In this document: one piece after another, positions 60,350-64,000 of the stretch | How the letters are laid out: the number at the start of each line of letters is the position of its first letter | How positions within the stretch are numbered: position 1 is the stretch's first letter | Origin: Eledone cirrhosa | Lineage: Eukaryota | Assembly: GCA_964016885.1 (NCBI GenBank) | Contig: CAXHJY010000161.1 | Coordinates: 233,001 to 297,000 of the forward strand | Length of the DNA stretch: 64,000 bases | Direction: 5' to 3' | The notes under the pieces: model-generated | The model's database searches: none | What the model was told of the DNA's origin: nothing | What the model saw: only the letters and a program-made list of their open reading frames with translations | Made by a program: the position numbers and the translations under genes

Positions 60350-63300
60350 ACACTGACACTTACAGAGAAAGCAGAAACAACAACAACACTGTCACTGACA
60401 GAGAAAACAGCCACAACTACAACAACACTGGCACTGACAGAGAAAACAACAACAACTACAACACTGGCACTGACAGAGAAAACAGCAACAACAACAACAC
60501 TGGCACTGACAAAGAAAACAGCAACAACTACAACAACACTGGCACTGACACAGAAAACAGCAACAACTACAACAAAACTGGCACTGACAGAGAAAACAGC
60601 AACAACTACAACAACACTGGCACTGACAGAGAAAACAGCAACAACAACACTGGCACTGACACAGAAAACAGCAACAACTACAACAACACTGGCACTGACA
60701 GAGAAAACAGCAACAACTACAACAACACTGGCACTGACACAGAAAACAGCAACAACTACAACAACACTGGCACTGACAGAGAAAACAGCACAACAACAAC
60801 ACTGGCACTGACACAGAAAACAGCAACAACTACAACAACACTGGCACTGACAGAGAAAACAGCAACAACTACAACAACACTGGCACTGACAGAGAAAACA
60901 GCAACAACTACAACAACACTGGCACTGAAACTGAAAAAAGCAACAACTACAACAACACTGGCACTGACACAGAAAACAGCAACAACAACAACACTGGCAC
61001 TGACACAGAAAACAGCAACAACAACAACACTGGCACTGACACAGAAAACAGCAACAACAAAAACACTGGCACTGACAGAGAAAACAGCAACAACAACAAC
61101 ACCGGCACTGACACAGAAAACAGCAACAACTACAACAACACTGGCACTGACAGAGAAAACAGCAACAACTACAACAACACTGGCACTGACAGAGAAAACA
61201 GCAACAACAACAACACTGGCACTGACACAGAAAACAGCAACAACTACAACACTGGCACTGACAGAGAAAACAGCAACAACTACAACAACACTGGCACTGA
61301 CAGAGAAAACAGCAACAACAACACTGGCACTGACACAGAAAACAGCAACAACTACAACAACACTGGCACTGACAGAGAAAACAGCAACAGCAACAACACT
61401 GGCACTGACAGTGAAAACAGCAACAACTACAACAACACTGGCACTGACACAGAAAACAGCAACAACTACAACAACACTGGCACTGACAGAGAAAACAGCA
61501 ACAACTACAACAACACTGGCACTGACACAGAAAACAGCAACAACAACAACACTGGCACTGACACAGAAAACAGCAACACCACAACACTGGCACTGACAGT
61601 GAAAATAGCAACAACAACAACACTGGCACTGAGAGAGAAAACAGCAACAACAACAACACTGGCACTGACTCAGAAAACAGCAACAACAACACTGGCACTG
61701 ACACAGAAAACAGCAACAACAACAACACTGGCACTGACAGAGAAAACAGCAACAACTACAACACTGACACTGACAGAGAAAGCAGCAACAACAACAACAA
61801 CACTGGCACTGACACAGAAAACAGCAACAACTACAACAACACTGGCACTGACAGAGAAAACAGCAACAACTACAACAACACTGGCACTGACAGAGAAAAC
61901 AGCAACAACAGCAACAATAACACTGGCACTGGCACAGAAAACAGCAACAGCAACAACAACAACAACAACACTGGAACTGACACAGAAAACAGCAACAGTA
62001 ACAACAACAACACTGGCACTGACACAGAAAACAGCAACAGCAAGAACACTGGCACTGACACAGAAAACAGCAACAACTACAACAACACTGGCACGGAAAA
62101 CAGCAACAACAGCAACAACAACACTGGCACTGACACAGAAAACAGCAACAACAGCAACAACAACACTGGCACTGACACAGAAAACAGCAACAACAGCAAC
62201 AACAACAGTGGCACTGACACAGAAAACAGCAACAACAGCAACAATAACACTGGCTCTGGCACAGAAAACAGCAACAGTAACCACAACAAGACTGGCACTG
62301 ACACAGAAAACAACAACAGTAACAACAACACTGGCACTGACACAGAAAACAGCAACAACAACAACACTGGCACTGACACAGAAAACAGCCACAACAACAA
62401 CACTGGCACTGACAGTGAAAATAGCAACAACAACAACACTGACAGAGAAAACAGCAACAACAACAACAACACTGGCACTGACAGAGAAAACAGCAACAAC
62501 TACAACACTGACACTGACAGAGAAAACAGCAACAACAACACTGGCACTGACTGAGAAAACAGCAATAACTACAACAACACTGGCACTAACACAGAAAACA
62601 GCAACAACTACAACAAAACTGGCACTGACAGAGAAAACAGCAACAACTACAACAACACTGGCACTGACAGATAAAACAGCAACAACAACAACACTGGCAC
62701 TGACACAGAAAACAGCAACAACTACAACAACACTGGCACTGACACAGAAAACAGCAACAACTACAACAACACTGGCACTGACACAGAAAACAGCAACAAC
62801 TACAACAACACTGGCACTGACACAGAAAACAGCAACAACTACAACAACACTGGCACTGACACAGAAAACAGCAACAACAACACTGGCACTGACACAGAAA
62901 ACAGCAACAACAACAACACTGGCACTGACAGAGAAAACAGCAACAACAACAACACCGGCACTGACACAGAAAACAGCAACAACTACAACAACACTGGCAC
63001 TGACAGAGAAAACAGCAACAACTACAACAACACTGGCACTGACAGAGAATACAGCAACAACAACAACACTGGCATTGACACAGAAAACAGCAACAACAAC
63101 AACACTGGCACTGACACAGAAAACAGCAACAACAACAACACTGGCACTGACAGAGAAAACAGCAACAACTACAACAACACTGGCACTGACACAGAAAACA
63201 GCAACAACTATAACAACACTGGCACTGACACAGAAAACAGCAACAACTACAACAACACTGGCACTGACACAGAAAACAGCAACAACAACAACACTGGCAC

Positions 63301-64000
63301 TGACACAGAAAACAGCAACAACAACAACACTGGCACTGACACAGAAAACAGCAACAACAACAACACTGGCACTGACAGAGAAAACAGCAACAACAACAAC
63401 ACCGGCACTGACACAGAAAACAGCAACAACTACAACAACACTGGCACTGACAGAGAAAACAGCAACAACAACAACAACACTGGCACTGACACAGAAAACA
63501 GCAACAACAACAACAACACTGGCACTGACACAGAAACAGCAACAACTACAACACTGGCACTGACAGATAAAACAGCAACAACTACAACAACACTGGCACT
63601 GACAGAGAAAACAGCAACAGCAACAACACTGGCACTGACACAGAAAACAGCAACAACAGCAACAACAACACTGGCACTGACACGGAAAACAGCAACAACA
63701 GCAATAACAATGGCACTGACACAGAAAACAGCAACAACAACAACACTGGCACTGACAGAGAAAACAGCAACAACAACAACACTGGCACTGACACAGAAAA
63801 CTGCAACAACAACAGTGGCACTGACACAGAAAACAGGAACAACTACAACAACACTGGCATTGACAGAGAAAACAGCAACAACAACAACACTGGCACTGAC
63901 ACAGAAAACAGCAACAACTACAACAACACTGGCACTGACAGTGAAAATAGCAACAACAACACTGGCACTGACACAGAAAACAGCAACAACAACAACACTG
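60350..64000. repeat. More diverged, less homogenised part of the array
   Basis: Many variants seen only here (GCAGAAACA 60371, GAAACTGAAA about 60927, GAGAGAG 61631, GACTCAG 61667, GACTGAG 62549, ACTATAAC about 63208, ACTGCAAC 63800, ACAGGAAC 63833) plus three 1-bp deletions (about 60790, 61578, 63535). Confidence 0.75.

Larger units (their letters stand above)
1..64000. repeat. Tandem repeat array (satellite/long minisatellite), 39-bp consensus ACTGGCACTGACA[C/G]AGAAAACAGCAACAACTACAACAAC, running off both ends of the window
   Basis: Seen on every line, always in the same orientation. Two major monomer types (..GACACAGAAAAC.. and ..GACAGAGAAAAC..). Lengths vary in 3-bp steps with the number of ACA triplets. 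The C-type consensus has A19 C12 G5 T3 and no CpG. Confidence 0.99.

Noticed and set aside
30343-63545. Cys-rich minus-strand translations (CCCSCCCFLCQCQ) resembling metallothionein or keratin-associated proteins
   Set aside because: This is the antisense reading of ACA/GCA triplets. It is frequently broken by CTA/TCA variants and joined to other frames only through frameshifts.
1331-63842. Many short minus-strand Leu-rich ORFs resembling signal peptides or membrane proteins (MLLFSVSVPVLLLL...)
   Set aside because: They begin mostly at repeat-derived TTG codons and exist only where consecutive monomers lack the ACTA variant that gives TAG. They are repeat by-products.
1-64000. CRISPR array (constant ACTGGCACTGAC part plus variable part)
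   Set aside because: The variable parts are not unique spacers, only different counts of ACA triplets. There is no leader, no cas gene and no palindromic repeat.
1-64000. Telomerase-synthesised telomeric repeat
   Set aside because: The unit is long and length-variable, and rare variants are inherited in kb-scale blocks. That indicates recombination or duplication rather than templated addition. A subtelomeric location is not excluded.
1-64000. Pure assembly or sequencing artefact
   Set aside because: Rare variants recur collinearly at several nested scales with small private differences, which fits a real evolving array. Exact copy numbers still need read support.

Overview
The whole 64-kb window is one uninterrupted head-to-tail tandem repeat array (satellite or very long minisatellite). 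I see no unique sequence, ordinary gene, RNA gene, mobile element or CRISPR, so the organism cannot be identified from this window. The consensus monomer is 39 bp, ACTGGCACTGACA[C/G]AGAAAACAGCAACAACTACAACAAC. Length variants (mostly 30-42 bp) arise from an internal (ACA)n run, giving roughly 1,700 copies by estimate. Rare variant monomers reveal nested higher-order repeats at about 1.8-1.9 kb, 2,106 bp, 4.2-4.4 kb, 5,004 bp, 12.0 kb and 31 kb. Four of six frames are open in the consensus, so the huge ORFs are largely expected by-products of the repeat. The most interesting signals concern the Thr-rich frame (LALT[Q/E]KTATTTTT). It is stop-free for about 24.7 kb, one copy of its single recurrent TAA reads TCA, and one copy of a 2-bp deletion is compensated by a nearby 1-bp deletion. 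A thrice-copied A9 tract also fuses the Thr-rich frame to an Asn-rich frame. These hint at a giant repetitive glycoprotein-like exon but do not prove it; a non-coding satellite remains the default reading.
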